DNA of 64,000 nt from positions 3,712,001 through 3,776,000 of the forward strand of contig OZ245011.1 in the NCBI GenBank assembly GCA_965223665.1, read 5' to 3'. Shown in pieces: positions 39,189 to 49,386 of this stretch (position 1 is the first letter of the stretch; every line of letters begins with the position of its first letter). Position numbers and translations under genes: made by a program. This stretch comes from Nitrospinaceae bacterium (lineage in GTDB: Bacteria > Nitrospinota > Nitrospinia > Nitrospinales > Nitrospinaceae). Below the pieces are notes generated by a model, which saw nothing but the letters and a program-made list of their open reading frames with translations, searched no databases and was not told the origin of the DNA.

Positions 39189-41861
39189 ATGTTAATCAAG
39201 GATGAGTATGGATTTACGAATACCATCCAAGGATTAGGACTTTTTTTTAAGAAAAGAAAGTTTCTAATTGGATTGGTGTTGTTTTGTTTTTATACCTTTT
39301 TGGTTTTTGGAGTATCTTCCTATTTGGTAAAACATGGTTTTTGGGGGACTTTTCTAAAACCATGGATAATTAAAAACGTAAATGTACCCATAGATTATAT
39401 AAAAAGCTTTTCTGCCCAACCGGAATCCATTGTTTTAGATATTAAACAAAAAGATGTTCTAAAGCTTGCCCATAAGAGAAAAGAAGCCTTATCCGTAGGT
39501 ACTCTTTACTATTCTTCTGAAGAAGATTGGGTCCCTGCCAAATTTACCAACAATAATAAAACGTACAAAGTCAAAATTCGGTTAAAAGGAACACGGTCTT
39601 CTCATTGGGAAGATGAAGAAGTTTGGTCTTACAAGGTAAAAATGAAAAAGTCGGATACTTTTATGGGGATGCGCAGATTTGCTTTGCAGGGACCACACAA
39701 CAGAAATTTCCTTAATGAATGGATGTACCAAAAATTATATAAATATTTAGGAGTTATTAGTCTACGGTACGACTTCGTTGAGGTAACGGTAAACGGAAAA
39801 AAAATGCCTGTTTATGCTGTCGAGGAAAATTTTGATAAAAGACTAATTGAAAATAATCAAAGAAGGGAAGGTCCCATTTTCCGAGCAAAAATGATTCCTT
39901 TTTTGACTGACGAACCGATTGATGTTTATGGAATGAGTAAATACAAAGATGATGCTTCCGCATTAAAATTAGTTCATTCCGTAGAGAGCTTGATGGAAGC
40001 TTTTCGATTAGGTACACGTTCTACTTCAGAGGTGTTTGATATTGAAATGTTGGCCAAATCTTTGGCAGGTATGGACTTGGGAGGAAGTTTCCACTCTGTG
40101 AATTATTCTAATATAAGGTTTTATTATAATCCAATCACCGGCCGGGTAGAGCCCATACCTTATGATAATCAACACCTTCAACCTTTAGAATCGACCCAAT
40201 TGCTAGGTGAGGGACATTGGATTTCTCCAGAAATTTATAAAGATATTGGAGGCAAAATATATATAGATGGAACTGAACGGGGTATGCATTGGTTGTTTCT
40301 ACTGTTTCAGGATCGGGTATTTTACAAAAAATATATTGAAGCCCTGGAAATGATTTCAAAGAAAGAATACCTGGATGGATTTTTTAACAGTATCCAAGAA
40401 GAACAAGAAGAAAAGTTAAATACTCTATATAAAAGTTGGCCTCAATATAAATTCGAGGGAAAAAAAATTATTTATAGTAACCAAGAGTATATTAGAAAAG
40501 TCCTGCACCCTGAAAAAGCCGCCTTAGCCTATTGGGAAGAAATTGACTCAAGTTCAAATACAATTTATTTAAATATTGCAAACATTCATTCTCTACCAAT
40601 TGAAATAATGAGTCTTGTTGTTTCAAATGATTTGGTTTTGGAACCCATCGGCGAACATATTCTGGTTGGGAAAAGACGCCGAGGAGGGCCTTTGCTGGCT
40701 GGTAATACGGACCTGAAAAATGTTTACGAAACGTTATTGATTGGAAGGGATGGAAACTCAAAGATTAAATACCACCGTATTGGTTTTAAAATTCCAGAGG
40801 GTATCCATTGGGATTCTGCGTTAAAATCAAATTTGAAAATTGGAACAAGGGTTTATGGAACGAAAAATTTAATTCAAGATTCTATAATTCCCTGGAATAA
40901 AGAAAGTGACTTGATGCGAATGCCTTCTAATGTAGATAAATTTTCCTTTCTCAAAATTGACTCTGATAAAAAAACGATTCAATTTAAAAGGGGAAGTTGG
41001 GTATTAGATTCTGATCTGATAGTGCCTTCGGGTTATCGTTTTGTGGCTGTAAAAGGTACTCAGGTAGAATTGAAAAACAAGGCAAAAATTATTTCATTCT
41101 CTCCAGTGGAATTTATTGGATCACCAGAAGATCCTGTTAAATTTTTCTCGAACAATCATGCGGGACAGGGAATAATTATTATGAACGCAAAGGATGAATC
41201 TATTGTAAATCATGCAGAGTTTTCTGGTTTATCTAATCCCTTTTTATCCGGATGGTCTGTTACTGGGGCCGTTACTTTTCATGAATCACCCGCGACATTT
41301 ACAAATGTTAAATTTTTAAACAATTATTCCGAAGATGGGCTTAACCTTGTAAGGTCAAAATTCTTTATGGACAAAGTTTTGTTTCAGGGAACTTTTTCCG
41401 ATGCGTTTGATTCAGACTTTTCGACAGGAAAAATAAAATCCATTACCTTTTTAAATTGCGGTAATGATGGAATCGATATATCCGGTAGCCAGGTAGAAGT
41501 CGACCATATTGAAATCAACGGCGCTGGAGATAAAGGGGTTAGTGCTGGAGAAAATAGCCAACTTTCAATTAATACCCTGGTGGGTAAAAACGCAAATATT
41601 CTCGTTGCTAGTAAAGATTTATCCAGGGTGAAAATAAAAAAAGCGAAACTTGAAAATTCAAAATTTGGGTTTGCGGTTTTTCAAAAGAAAAGCGAGTTTG
41701 GTGCTGCTTCCATTGATGTTGACCAATTGGAAATGGCCGATTTAGAGTTACCTTTCCTAATTGAAAAAGGCTCTTCATTAATTGTCGAGGGCGAGCAAAT
41801 TAAAAGTAAGTATAAGAATATTAAAAAGTTGCTTTATCCTCCAAACCCTGATCAATCTTAA
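39189..41861 (+). CDS. Membrane-anchored CotH-like kinase fused to C-terminal right-handed beta-helix
   Basis: N-terminal TM; VKIRLKG, EENFDK, NIRFYYNPITGRVEPIPYD; C-terminal DAFDSD / NDGIDISGS / GDKGVSAGE rungs. Confidence 0.82.
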   Translation: MLIKDEYGFTNTIQGLGLFFKKRKFLIGLVLFCFYTFLVFGVSSYLVKHGFWGTFLKPWIIKNVNVPIDYIKSFSAQPESIVLDIKQKDVLKLAHKRKEALSVGTLYYSSEEDWVPAKFTNNNKTYKVKIRLKGTRSSHWEDEEVWSYKVKMKKSDTFMGMRRFALQGPHNRNFLNEWMYQKLYKYLGVISLRYDFVEVTVNGKKMPVYAVEENFDKRLIENNQRREGPIFRAKMIPFLTDEPIDVYGMSKYKDDASALKLVHSVESLMEAFRLGTRSTSEVFDIEMLAKSLAGMDLGGSFHSVNYSNIRFYYNPITGRVEPIPYDNQHLQPLESTQLLGEGHWISPEIYKDIGGKIYIDGTERGMHWLFLLFQDRVFYKKYIEALEMISKKEYLDGFFNSIQEEQEEKLNTLYKSWPQYKFEGKKIIYSNQEYIRKVLHPEKAALAYWEEIDSSSNTIYLNIANIHSLPIEIMSLVVSNDLVLEPIGEHILVGKRRRGGPLLAGNTDLKNVYETLLIGRDGNSKIKYHRIGFKIPEGIHWDSALKSNLKIGTRVYGTKNLIQDSIIPWNKESDLMRMPSNVDKFSFLKIDSDKKTIQFKRGSWVLDSDLIVPSGYRFVAVKGTQVELKNKAKIISFSPVEFIGSPEDPVKFFSNNHAGQGIIIMNAKDESIVNHAEFSGLSNPFLSGWSVTGAVTFHESPATFTNVKFLNNYSEDGLNLVRSKFFMDKVLFQGTFSDAFDSDFSTGKIKSITFLNCGNDGIDISGSQVEVDHIEINGAGDKGVSAGENSQLSINTLVGKNANILVASKDLSRVKIKKAKLENSKFGFAVFQKKSEFGAASIDVDQLEMADLELPFLIEKGSSLIVEGEQIKSKYKNIKKLLYPPNPDQS

Positions 41862-41884
41862 GGGATAAGTTTACCTGAGTTCTT

Positions 41885-42571
41885 ATGGATGGAATTGAGT
41901 CTTATAGATATGAGAGAAAGTTTTTGGTGACGGCTCTTTCTTATGAAGAGTTAAATCAAAAAATCCTCCTCCATCCTGCCATATTTCAGCCGATTTATCA
42001 TAAACGTTACGTAAACAATATTTACTTTGACAGCCCAGATTTAACCAGTTTTGTTGACAATGTTGAAGGAGTTGGAAAAAGAACAAAATTTAGGATTAGA
42101 TGGTATGGATCTTTATCAGGGAAAATTCAAAAGCCAGTTTTGGAAATTAAAAATAAAACTGGATTTCTATGTAGTAAAGAATTGTATCCTATAGAGGGTT
42201 TTACCATAGACGAAGAATTTTCAATTAAAAAGGTTATGGACAGTGTAACGCGTTCGAAAATACCTAAAAGTGTTGTTGTTCAATTGGGTCTATTAGAGCC
42301 CGTTTTAATTAATAGATATTTAAGAAACTATTTTTTATCCATTGATGGCGATTTTAGAATTACTATCGACAGGGAATTAAGTTTTTTCCCCTTTGATTTA
42401 TCTTTTCCAAGGTTATTGGATCACGAAATGAAAGAATCGTTTAGTATTCTAGAACTAAAATATGCTTTAGAAAAGGACGATGAAGCTCAGAGAATTTCAA
42501 ATGCCTTTGATTTTCGCCTTACAAAAAGTTCCAAATACGTAAATGGCGTTTTTCGTTTAATGGCGGAATAA
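41885..42571 (+). CDS. VTC-domain (polyphosphate polymerase / TTM fold) protein
   Basis: RYERKF, NIYFD, KFRIRWY, LEIK, RITID, LELKY, SKY. Confidence 0.9.
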   Translation: MDGIESYRYERKFLVTALSYEELNQKILLHPAIFQPIYHKRYVNNIYFDSPDLTSFVDNVEGVGKRTKFRIRWYGSLSGKIQKPVLEIKNKTGFLCSKELYPIEGFTIDEEFSIKKVMDSVTRSKIPKSVVVQLGLLEPVLINRYLRNYFLSIDGDFRITIDRELSFFPFDLSFPRLLDHEMKESFSILELKYALEKDDEAQRISNAFDFRLTKSSKYVNGVFRLMAE

Positions 42572-42624
42572 AAAAACTGTAATTAAAAAGCTTAATACTG
42601 GTTATGACGAATTAAATTAAAGTT

Positions 42625-43542
42625 TTAAGCGCCTTGAAAAAAGTTGTATGTTTTTGTCAAACCTTTTTCTAGAGAATAAGTAGGTTTCCAACCAAAGGAT
42701 GAGTTAAGCTTTCTAAAATCGATCACACTTCTACGTTGTTCCCCTTTTCTAGGCGATTCATGGGAAGCTTCAATGTTTTTCCCAGAAATTTTTGTCAGGT
42801 ATTTACTCAGACTGTTGACAGTCGTTTCTTGTGCAGTACCTACATTAAAAACTCCCTGACAATCCTCTGAGAGCGCTACATTGTTTGCTTGTACCACATC
42901 GAAAACTGAAACAAAATCTCGAGTTTGCTCACCATCTCCATAAATAATGGGAATTTGATTTCCTATTAATTTTTGACAAAAAATTGCAACTACACCCGCT
43001 TCACCGTGAGGATCTTGACGAGGGCCATATACATTGCTATATCTCAATACAGCTGTATTCAAATTGTATGTTTGATTATAAAAACGCATATAATTTTCAA
43101 CGCTAAACTTGGCAATTCCATAAGGGCTGAGGGGCCGACAAGGATGTTTTTCACAGGCAGGAAAATATTCCTGTTCTCCGTAAATAGCTCCTCCAGTGGA
43201 AGCAAAAACAAATTTTTTCACTTTGTATTCGTTCGCTAGTTTTAATATTTTCAAACTTCCAAGTATATTGATCTCGGCATCAAAGCTAGGATCAGAAACT
43301 GATTGGGTGACTGAAATTTGTGCGGCGTGATGGTTAATCTTATCAATTTTCTCATTTTTGAAAATGGTTTCGACTTCGGGATCCATCAAATCCATTTCAT
43401 AAAATTTTGCATCGGGATGAATATTACTTTTTTTTCCTGAAGAAAGATTATCAAGAACGATTACCCGATAACCTTTAGAGATATAAGACTCTACAATATG
43501 TGAACCAATGAAACCGGCCCCCCCGGTAACTAAAATGTTCAT
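42625..43542 (-). CDS. NAD-dependent epimerase (UDP-glucose 4-epimerase-like)
   Basis: MNILVTGGAGFIGSH (start 43542), ASTGGAIYG, YGIAK, NVYGPRQDPHGEAGVV. Confidence 0.92.
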   Translation of the reverse strand: MNILVTGGAGFIGSHIVESYISKGYRVIVLDNLSSGKKSNIHPDAKFYEMDLMDPEVETIFKNEKIDKINHHAAQISVTQSVSDPSFDAEINILGSLKILKLANEYKVKKFVFASTGGAIYGEQEYFPACEKHPCRPLSPYGIAKFSVENYMRFYNQTYNLNTAVLRYSNVYGPRQDPHGEAGVVAIFCQKLIGNQIPIIYGDGEQTRDFVSVFDVVQANNVALSEDCQGVFNVGTAQETTVNSLSKYLTKISGKNIEASHESPRKGEQRRSVIDFRKLNSSFGWKPTYSLEKGLTKTYNFFQGA

Positions 43543-43579
43543 ATATATTCCTTGAGATAACTTTGAGTTACTAAATGAT

Positions 43580-44992
43580 TTATCTACCCTTACCAAAAAC
43601 CATGAGATGTGCTGTTTTTAATAGTATAGCGGCATCAAGTTTAAAAGAGTAGTGTCGAATGTAATAGAGATCATATTCGAACTTTTTGATCGCATCATTA
43701 AAGTCAAACCCATAGTTAAAGTTTACTTGCGACCAACCCGTAATCCCGGGTTTTACAAGATGTCTGAAGCGATAACAAGGAAATTGGCTTTCATAAGCTT
43801 GAGTCAATTGGTGTTGCTCAGGCCTAGGTCCGATAATACTCATATCTCCCTTCAAAACATTCCAAATTTGAGGAATTTCATCCAAATGGGAGGCCCGTAA
43901 CCATTTCCCTAACTTGGTAATTCGGTCATCATTCGAATTGGTGCAAGCATCTCCGTGGTTTTCTCTTTGGACCATGGTTCTATATTTATAGACTTGGAAG
44001 GGTTGATTGTTTTTCCCAGTTCTTGCCTGCTTAAAAATTGCTGGACCCTTTCCTTCTAGTTTAATTAACAAGGGAATAATCACAAACAATGGACTCATTA
44101 GAATTAAACTTAAAGAAGCAATCGTTATGTCAATTAAGCGTTTAATATTTTCAAAAATGGGTTGTCGGGCAAATTGAAAACCAGGACCTAATAATAATTG
44201 AGGATGCATTATTGATGCAGGTACTCTTTTGAAATATTCTTCATAAAACTTGTCTACACTTAGTATTGGAACTTGACCAAAATGACATTCAATTAATTTC
44301 TCAACCATTTCTTTAGGCATTCCTCTTCGATCAGCGGCTAAAACAACCGCATCATGCATACCGTTTAAATTTTCTAATTGCCAAAGAGGATCTCCTTCTA
44401 CAATAGGAGAATCGTTGTCATTTTGTGAAAGTCGTTCTCCAACTTTTTCTAAATTGATTTCAACAAAACGTAATCCCTGTTTCAATTTTGATTCTGTGCA
44501 ATCTTGATAAATAGTTTGCGCTACAGGACCTGAACCTATAATTAGTAGTTTTCTTCCATCCAGAAACTTATTGGCCCACCTTGATAAAGATCTTCTATAA
44601 AGAAGAGAAAGGGGTAAAAAAGTTAAAAAGACTAATGGCAAAATCCCACGTCCCAGGTTATTTTCGGGTTGCATTGCAAAAATATAAACAACCGAAACCG
44701 TTAAAATTGCAGCGGATACTAAAGCAATCACATGTTCGCTGGCATATTCAAGACTCAATAAATCTCTTTTAGGGGAGTAGCCGTCAATAATATATAGAGC
44801 TAAAAAAGTAAATCCAAATGGGATTAACCATTGAATTCCCATAGCTGTAGAAATATCTAGGTTGTCAAAACGAAATAGATTGAAAACAAGAAAGAGTAAC
44901 CAAAGGCTCAGTGCATCTAATAGTAAAAAAGTGGTTGCAATTCCTTTTTTGAAGGCCATATGTTTTTTAGATTGTATAGTTGTCGTCATCAT
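43580..44992 (-). CDS. Priming undecaprenyl-phosphate sugar phosphotransferase (WcaJ/WbaP-like)
   Basis: N-terminal TMs; KRLIDI, YKYRTM, LDEIPQ, GDMSIIGPRPE, KPGITGWSQ. Confidence 0.93.
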   Translation of the reverse strand: MMTTTIQSKKHMAFKKGIATTFLLLDALSLWLLFLVFNLFRFDNLDISTAMGIQWLIPFGFTFLALYIIDGYSPKRDLLSLEYASEHVIALVSAAILTVSVVYIFAMQPENNLGRGILPLVFLTFLPLSLLYRRSLSRWANKFLDGRKLLIIGSGPVAQTIYQDCTESKLKQGLRFVEINLEKVGERLSQNDNDSPIVEGDPLWQLENLNGMHDAVVLAADRRGMPKEMVEKLIECHFGQVPILSVDKFYEEYFKRVPASIMHPQLLLGPGFQFARQPIFENIKRLIDITIASLSLILMSPLFVIIPLLIKLEGKGPAIFKQARTGKNNQPFQVYKYRTMVQRENHGDACTNSNDDRITKLGKWLRASHLDEIPQIWNVLKGDMSIIGPRPEQHQLTQAYESQFPCYRFRHLVKPGITGWSQVNFNYGFDFNDAIKKFEYDLYYIRHYSFKLDAAILLKTAHLMVFGKGR

Positions 44993-45081
44993 TATTTATA
45001 CAGATTTACATAAAATATCAATTTATAGATTTACATTCCAAATGCTGTATGAAAATAATAAAAACTAAGCCTCCGCTTATC

Positions 45082-45101
45082 AATACCCCTGTAGGGGTAT
45101 T
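45082..45101. promoter_or_regulatory. GC-cored palindrome, possible CsoR/RcnR-family operator
   Basis: AATACCCCT-GT-AGGGGTATT about 90 bp upstream of the priming transferase. Confidence 0.4.
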
Positions 45102-45383
45102 TTTATTGGGGTTGGATTTGGGAAATTTGAGATTGAGATAAGTTTAAGAATTTTATGGTGAGTTTAATATGCCCCATCCCCTTGTAAACCATTCACTTTA
45201 AAAGCGCTATTTTATTAAAAGGTATTGTAAATTGTCAATAGTTTAGATGGGTCAGGAAGGGAATAGATAGATAAAAGAAAAATTCTTGATGAAAATGTAA
45301 CAGAATCTAAATTCTTTTGTGATCAAATTTTAGAGGAAAATGTAAATTTAAATGAAGGATAAAAGTTTAAATTTTTTGTCCCA

Positions 45384-46301
45384 CTAAAAGAAACTTCGTG
45401 GGACATGGATAATATCTCCTGGTTGCAATAGTAGATTTTTAGATAAATCTCCATCAAAAATTACTTTGTCCAATTCCACCTGAATCTTTTGAATGGCCTT
45501 ACTACCGGAACTGGATTTTCTATAAACCTGCGTTGATCTGGGGCGTGCCACATCTGTTAAACCTTCTGCCATTAAAATAGCATCCAAAACCGTCATTCCC
45601 TCATGAAAGGTGATAACTTGTGGCCTCTGTACCTCTCCCATGATATTGATACGCTTATCAAAATTATCAGCAATGTAAACCAGGTCGTCCTGTTGAAGCC
45701 AAATATTTTGGCTAAAATCTCCATTATTCACTAAATCATGAATATTAAGTTCCAGTTTCTTTCCATTTCTAAGGAGATAGGAATTATGCAAATCAGCTTG
45801 CTCAGTAAAGCCTTTTCCAAGTGAAAACAAGTGCAATAAAGAAATAGGGCGGTTGACTTTATAAGTATCGGGGGCATTCACCTGTCCCCAAATTGAAATT
45901 TTAATACTGTTAATTTCCTTAACGATAACCGTAATACTTGCATCGGTAATATAGTCCCTGAGGCGATCAGCCATCTTTTCTTTCAATTGGTCAGGAGTCA
46001 GACCTTTAGCCTTGACATCTCCAATGAGAGGGAAAGAAATGAAACCATCAGGCCTGACAGGCATTTCAGTGGTTAATTCCTTATTTCCCCATACAGCAAT
46101 TTGGAGTACATCTTCAGGGCCTAAAAGAAAATCCCCTTTAGCTGAACCTTTTCCAGGTGCACCTGAGTCGCTTATACCGCCATTATTCATTTCTTTTGGA
46201 TTGTCTGAAATGTCAAAATCGAAAGGGGCGGCGAAACTAATGGATTGAATTAAAAAAAGGGTCATCAAGGTAACCAAGGGAATCAATAATCTATCTCGCA
46301 T
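45384..46301 (-). CDS. Short periplasmic OPX/Wza-like polysaccharide export protein
   Basis: LGPEDVLQIAVW, VRPDGFISFPLIG, two SLBB domains; ends PGDIIHVPRSFF; non-lipoprotein signal peptide. Confidence 0.9.
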   Translation of the reverse strand: MRDRLLIPLVTLMTLFLIQSISFAAPFDFDISDNPKEMNNGGISDSGAPGKGSAKGDFLLGPEDVLQIAVWGNKELTTEMPVRPDGFISFPLIGDVKAKGLTPDQLKEKMADRLRDYITDASITVIVKEINSIKISIWGQVNAPDTYKVNRPISLLHLFSLGKGFTEQADLHNSYLLRNGKKLELNIHDLVNNGDFSQNIWLQQDDLVYIADNFDKRINIMGEVQRPQVITFHEGMTVLDAILMAEGLTDVARPRSTQVYRKSSSGSKAIQKIQVELDKVIFDGDLSKNLLLQPGDIIHVPRSFF

Positions 46302-46443
46302 AAGGTACTCCTTAGAGGCTTTTGAAAATAACGGCCAAAGTTTTGAAATTGTTTGGAAAGAATTTTTAAAATGGAGCTTATTATATGATATCGCGAAAAA
46401 CGATATTTCTCTACAGAAATTTTAATACAAAGGGGTGACTACT

Positions 46444-47829
46444 TTAAAAAGTGGCAATGACACTGAGGCCAACTAAATTATTGCTGTATTCACGATCTAC
46501 AAAGTTGGAATCATTAGTGCGGAATTGATATCTCAATTGGGCTTGTAACCATTCCTGAATATGGTAAGCAAGGTTAAGGGAAAATAAGAAAAAGTTATCC
46601 TCTCTGATTCTTTGTAATCCGGGCGGAGGAGGTGTAGGGTTTGAGTCTCCCGCAAAATCCTGAACAGCAACATCATAATCTAGGCGGTTATATTGTGCTC
46701 TTCCAGTAATAGTCCATTTTGTTAAAATTTGTTGAGTCACAGAAAACCCTACAACATGTCTAAGAAAGGATTGGTTCACATTGAAGGTAGCATCAAGAAC
46801 GTCTCTTGTAACAAAAAATCTATAACTCGTTCTTTCTTTGGGACGGTAAGTAACGTTGAAAAAGAATACGAAATCGGTGCGATTCTGACTCAGTTGTGAA
46901 AGTACTTGCTGAAAAATCATGGATTGAACGCCCAAGCCTAAGTTAACCAAAATTAAAGGAGTCGCTTGCCATTTCCAGGTACCGTAAAACGTATGTGTAT
47001 TGGAATGAGCGTTATTTGGAGAGAGTTCATCATACCTTATCTTTTGATAGCGATACTGAATTCCAAAAGCTGTTTGCGGAGTCCATTGAAATAGAAACTG
47101 AGGATTAATAATGTAAATAATATCGTCTTGTGTGTCTGCAGGAAAGCTAAAATCTTCTCGCTGAATACTTCCATCCAAAAGAAATTGAAATCGCTTGGTG
47201 AGATTATAAATAAAATTTAAATAGCCCCTGTAATCAAACCTTTCAATCCGTGGATTTAAGTTGGCTGCAATTTCAGGATTTCGCAGTTGTCGGGTATCTA
47301 AATAACTTCCCCCTATTTTTAACTCAGAACGCCCACCTTTTCCACCAAACAATAAATACGAGTCAATTTCATGAATAAAAGTATCTTGATCATTGAGGTC
47401 TACAAAGTCCTCATAGCGGCCGTTATATTGAAAATGAAAGCCAAATACTTCTCCAGTTTCACGGGGTAAATCTATTGCAAGAGTAGGAATATAAGCAAAA
47501 ATAGTATCCTCAATTTTACCCTCTGAATTCCCATTCGGAAATGCTCGATCGGCAAGTAGGAAAACATTATTATTATAAACAACTTCCATACCAAAGCTGG
47601 GAGTAATAACCCACCGCCCCAAGTGTGTATTTTTTAATGCCTGCGCCTGGGTAACCAAAGTACACAAACCTAGAAGCAAAAAAAGGAAAATCCTGGGAAT
47701 CCAGTTTTGAGTTAATTGGGTGTAATATTTTGAAAAGGTTGGATCAACTTGTCGCATTTTCTTTTTAAATGATTCCATTTCTTTGAAAAGCGTAGTATTT
47801 TGAAAAATCAGCGTTAATTCCATTTCCAC
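46444..47829 (-). CDS. Outer-membrane beta-barrel associated with polysaccharide export
   Basis: Signal peptide ending AQA, YNNNVF motif, alternating amphipathic strands, terminal Phe; adjacent to OPX. True start may be 47757. Confidence 0.82.
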   Translation of the reverse strand: MEMELTLIFQNTTLFKEMESFKKKMRQVDPTFSKYYTQLTQNWIPRIFLFLLLGLCTLVTQAQALKNTHLGRWVITPSFGMEVVYNNNVFLLADRAFPNGNSEGKIEDTIFAYIPTLAIDLPRETGEVFGFHFQYNGRYEDFVDLNDQDTFIHEIDSYLLFGGKGGRSELKIGGSYLDTRQLRNPEIAANLNPRIERFDYRGYLNFIYNLTKRFQFLLDGSIQREDFSFPADTQDDIIYIINPQFLFQWTPQTAFGIQYRYQKIRYDELSPNNAHSNTHTFYGTWKWQATPLILVNLGLGVQSMIFQQVLSQLSQNRTDFVFFFNVTYRPKERTSYRFFVTRDVLDATFNVNQSFLRHVVGFSVTQQILTKWTITGRAQYNRLDYDVAVQDFAGDSNPTPPPPGLQRIREDNFFLFSLNLAYHIQEWLQAQLRYQFRTNDSNFVDREYSNNLVGLSVIATF

Positions 47830-48059
47830 CGGGGCACCACTCTAGCATAATTAAGCGGATTTTTCTGAAAAAATCTTTAAAAATGTTAAAAAAATTGGTG
47901 AATTAAATGACCAATTTGGGGGATATTTTTTTCTAATATCTCTGAGCCAAAAGACAAATACATATTTTTTTGTTTGAAGACATCTTAAGTTTGCCGTAAA
48001 AGTTATTGAAAAATGCGTAGATATAACTTTCACTCGATTTTTTTTAAAAAATTGGTTTT

Positions 48060-49385
48060 TTGCCTAAATTTGGAGTCTTTTTGGGATTTATGGATATTGA
48101 TGGCTACAGAATTATATCTTTCTTTGGATTTTTCTCCATTTGTTTCCTGGCCTGGGTCACAGGCAGGTGTCGAAGCATAAACCTTAGAACCATTGTTGGA
48201 AGTTTATTGTTGGCCTGGGTTCTGGGTTTTTTAATTTTTGGGATCCCGGGGTCTCGGGTTTTGTTACTTATGTTAAATGACGGAGTTTTGACTTTAATAA
48301 AAGCTTCGCAAAAAGGAACTCTTTTTTTATTTGGACCACTTGCTTTAGGACCTGGTCAAACCCTTCCTGATGGGACTGCTTCTATCGGATTTGTTTTAGC
48401 AATGCAGGTTTTACCATCCGTTATTTTCTTTTCTGCACTTCTCAGTGGACTCTATTATTTAAATATAATGCCTTGGCTTATTCGAGGCTTTGCAGTGGTC
48501 TTTTATAAAGTTATGAGATTGTCTGGGGCAGAGGCTCTATCCGCTTCAGCAAATATTTTTGTGGGAATAGAATCTAGTCTGACCGTCCGACCGTATTTAT
48601 CTAAATTAACCGCTTCAGAACTATTAACTTTGCTTACCTGCATGATGGCTACGGTGGCCAGCACTGTTTTAGGAATATATGTAATGGCATTGCAAAGTAC
48701 TTTCCCGCAAATAGCGGCCCACCTGATTTCTGCCAGTGTCATATCCATTCCCTGCGCAATTTTAATTAGCAAGCTTTCCCTCCCAGAAACGGAAAACCCG
48801 GAAACCATGAAATTACTACCTCAAAATTCACCAAATGAAACCTCCACGAACAATAAAGAGGTTTCTTCCTCAAACTTGATGGTGGCTCTTATGGATGGAG
48901 GGGCGCAAGGAGTGAAAATGGCAGTTGGTATTGGAACTCTATTAATTGTTGTTCTAGGACTGGAGTCGCTGATTGATTTAGTTTTGGGGAAATTTATTAT
49001 TGATGGGGATCCGCTTACCTTGGGAAAGCTACTGGGTTGGCTAACCTGGCCTTTTACCGTTTTACTCGGGTTGCAACCGAATGAATGGATGGTAGCATCC
49101 AAGATCTTGGGGTCCCGTTTTATTGAGACAGAGGTGGCAGCCTATTTTAATCTGGCGGCATTCCAGTCAAGCACTCCACCCGCATTTTCGCCAAGATCGT
49201 TGGTAATTGTAACCTATGCTTTGTGCGGGTTTGTACATATTGCAAGTGCAGGTATTTTTATAGGAGGTTTAGCTCCCTTGATGCCAGCACGATTAAAAGA
49301 ATTGTCGCTTCTTGGAATGCGAGCATTGTGGACTGCATTTTTAGCGACTTTATTAACCGGTTGTATTGCTGGGGTGCTGGCTTAG
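48060..49385 (+). CDS. NupC/CNT family concentrative nucleoside transporter
   Basis: VLPSVIFFSAL, ANIFVG, MATVAS, YALCGF; likely start ATG 48090. Confidence 0.9.
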   Translation: MPKFGVFLGFMDIDGYRIISFFGFFSICFLAWVTGRCRSINLRTIVGSLLLAWVLGFLIFGIPGSRVLLLMLNDGVLTLIKASQKGTLFLFGPLALGPGQTLPDGTASIGFVLAMQVLPSVIFFSALLSGLYYLNIMPWLIRGFAVVFYKVMRLSGAEALSASANIFVGIESSLTVRPYLSKLTASELLTLLTCMMATVASTVLGIYVMALQSTFPQIAAHLISASVISIPCAILISKLSLPETENPETMKLLPQNSPNETSTNNKEVSSSNLMVALMDGGAQGVKMAVGIGTLLIVVLGLESLIDLVLGKFIIDGDPLTLGKLLGWLTWPFTVLLGLQPNEWMVASKILGSRFIETEVAAYFNLAAFQSSTPPAFSPRSLVIVTYALCGFVHIASAGIFIGGLAPLMPARLKELSLLGMRALWTAFLATLLTGCIAGVLA

Positions 49386-49386
49386 T

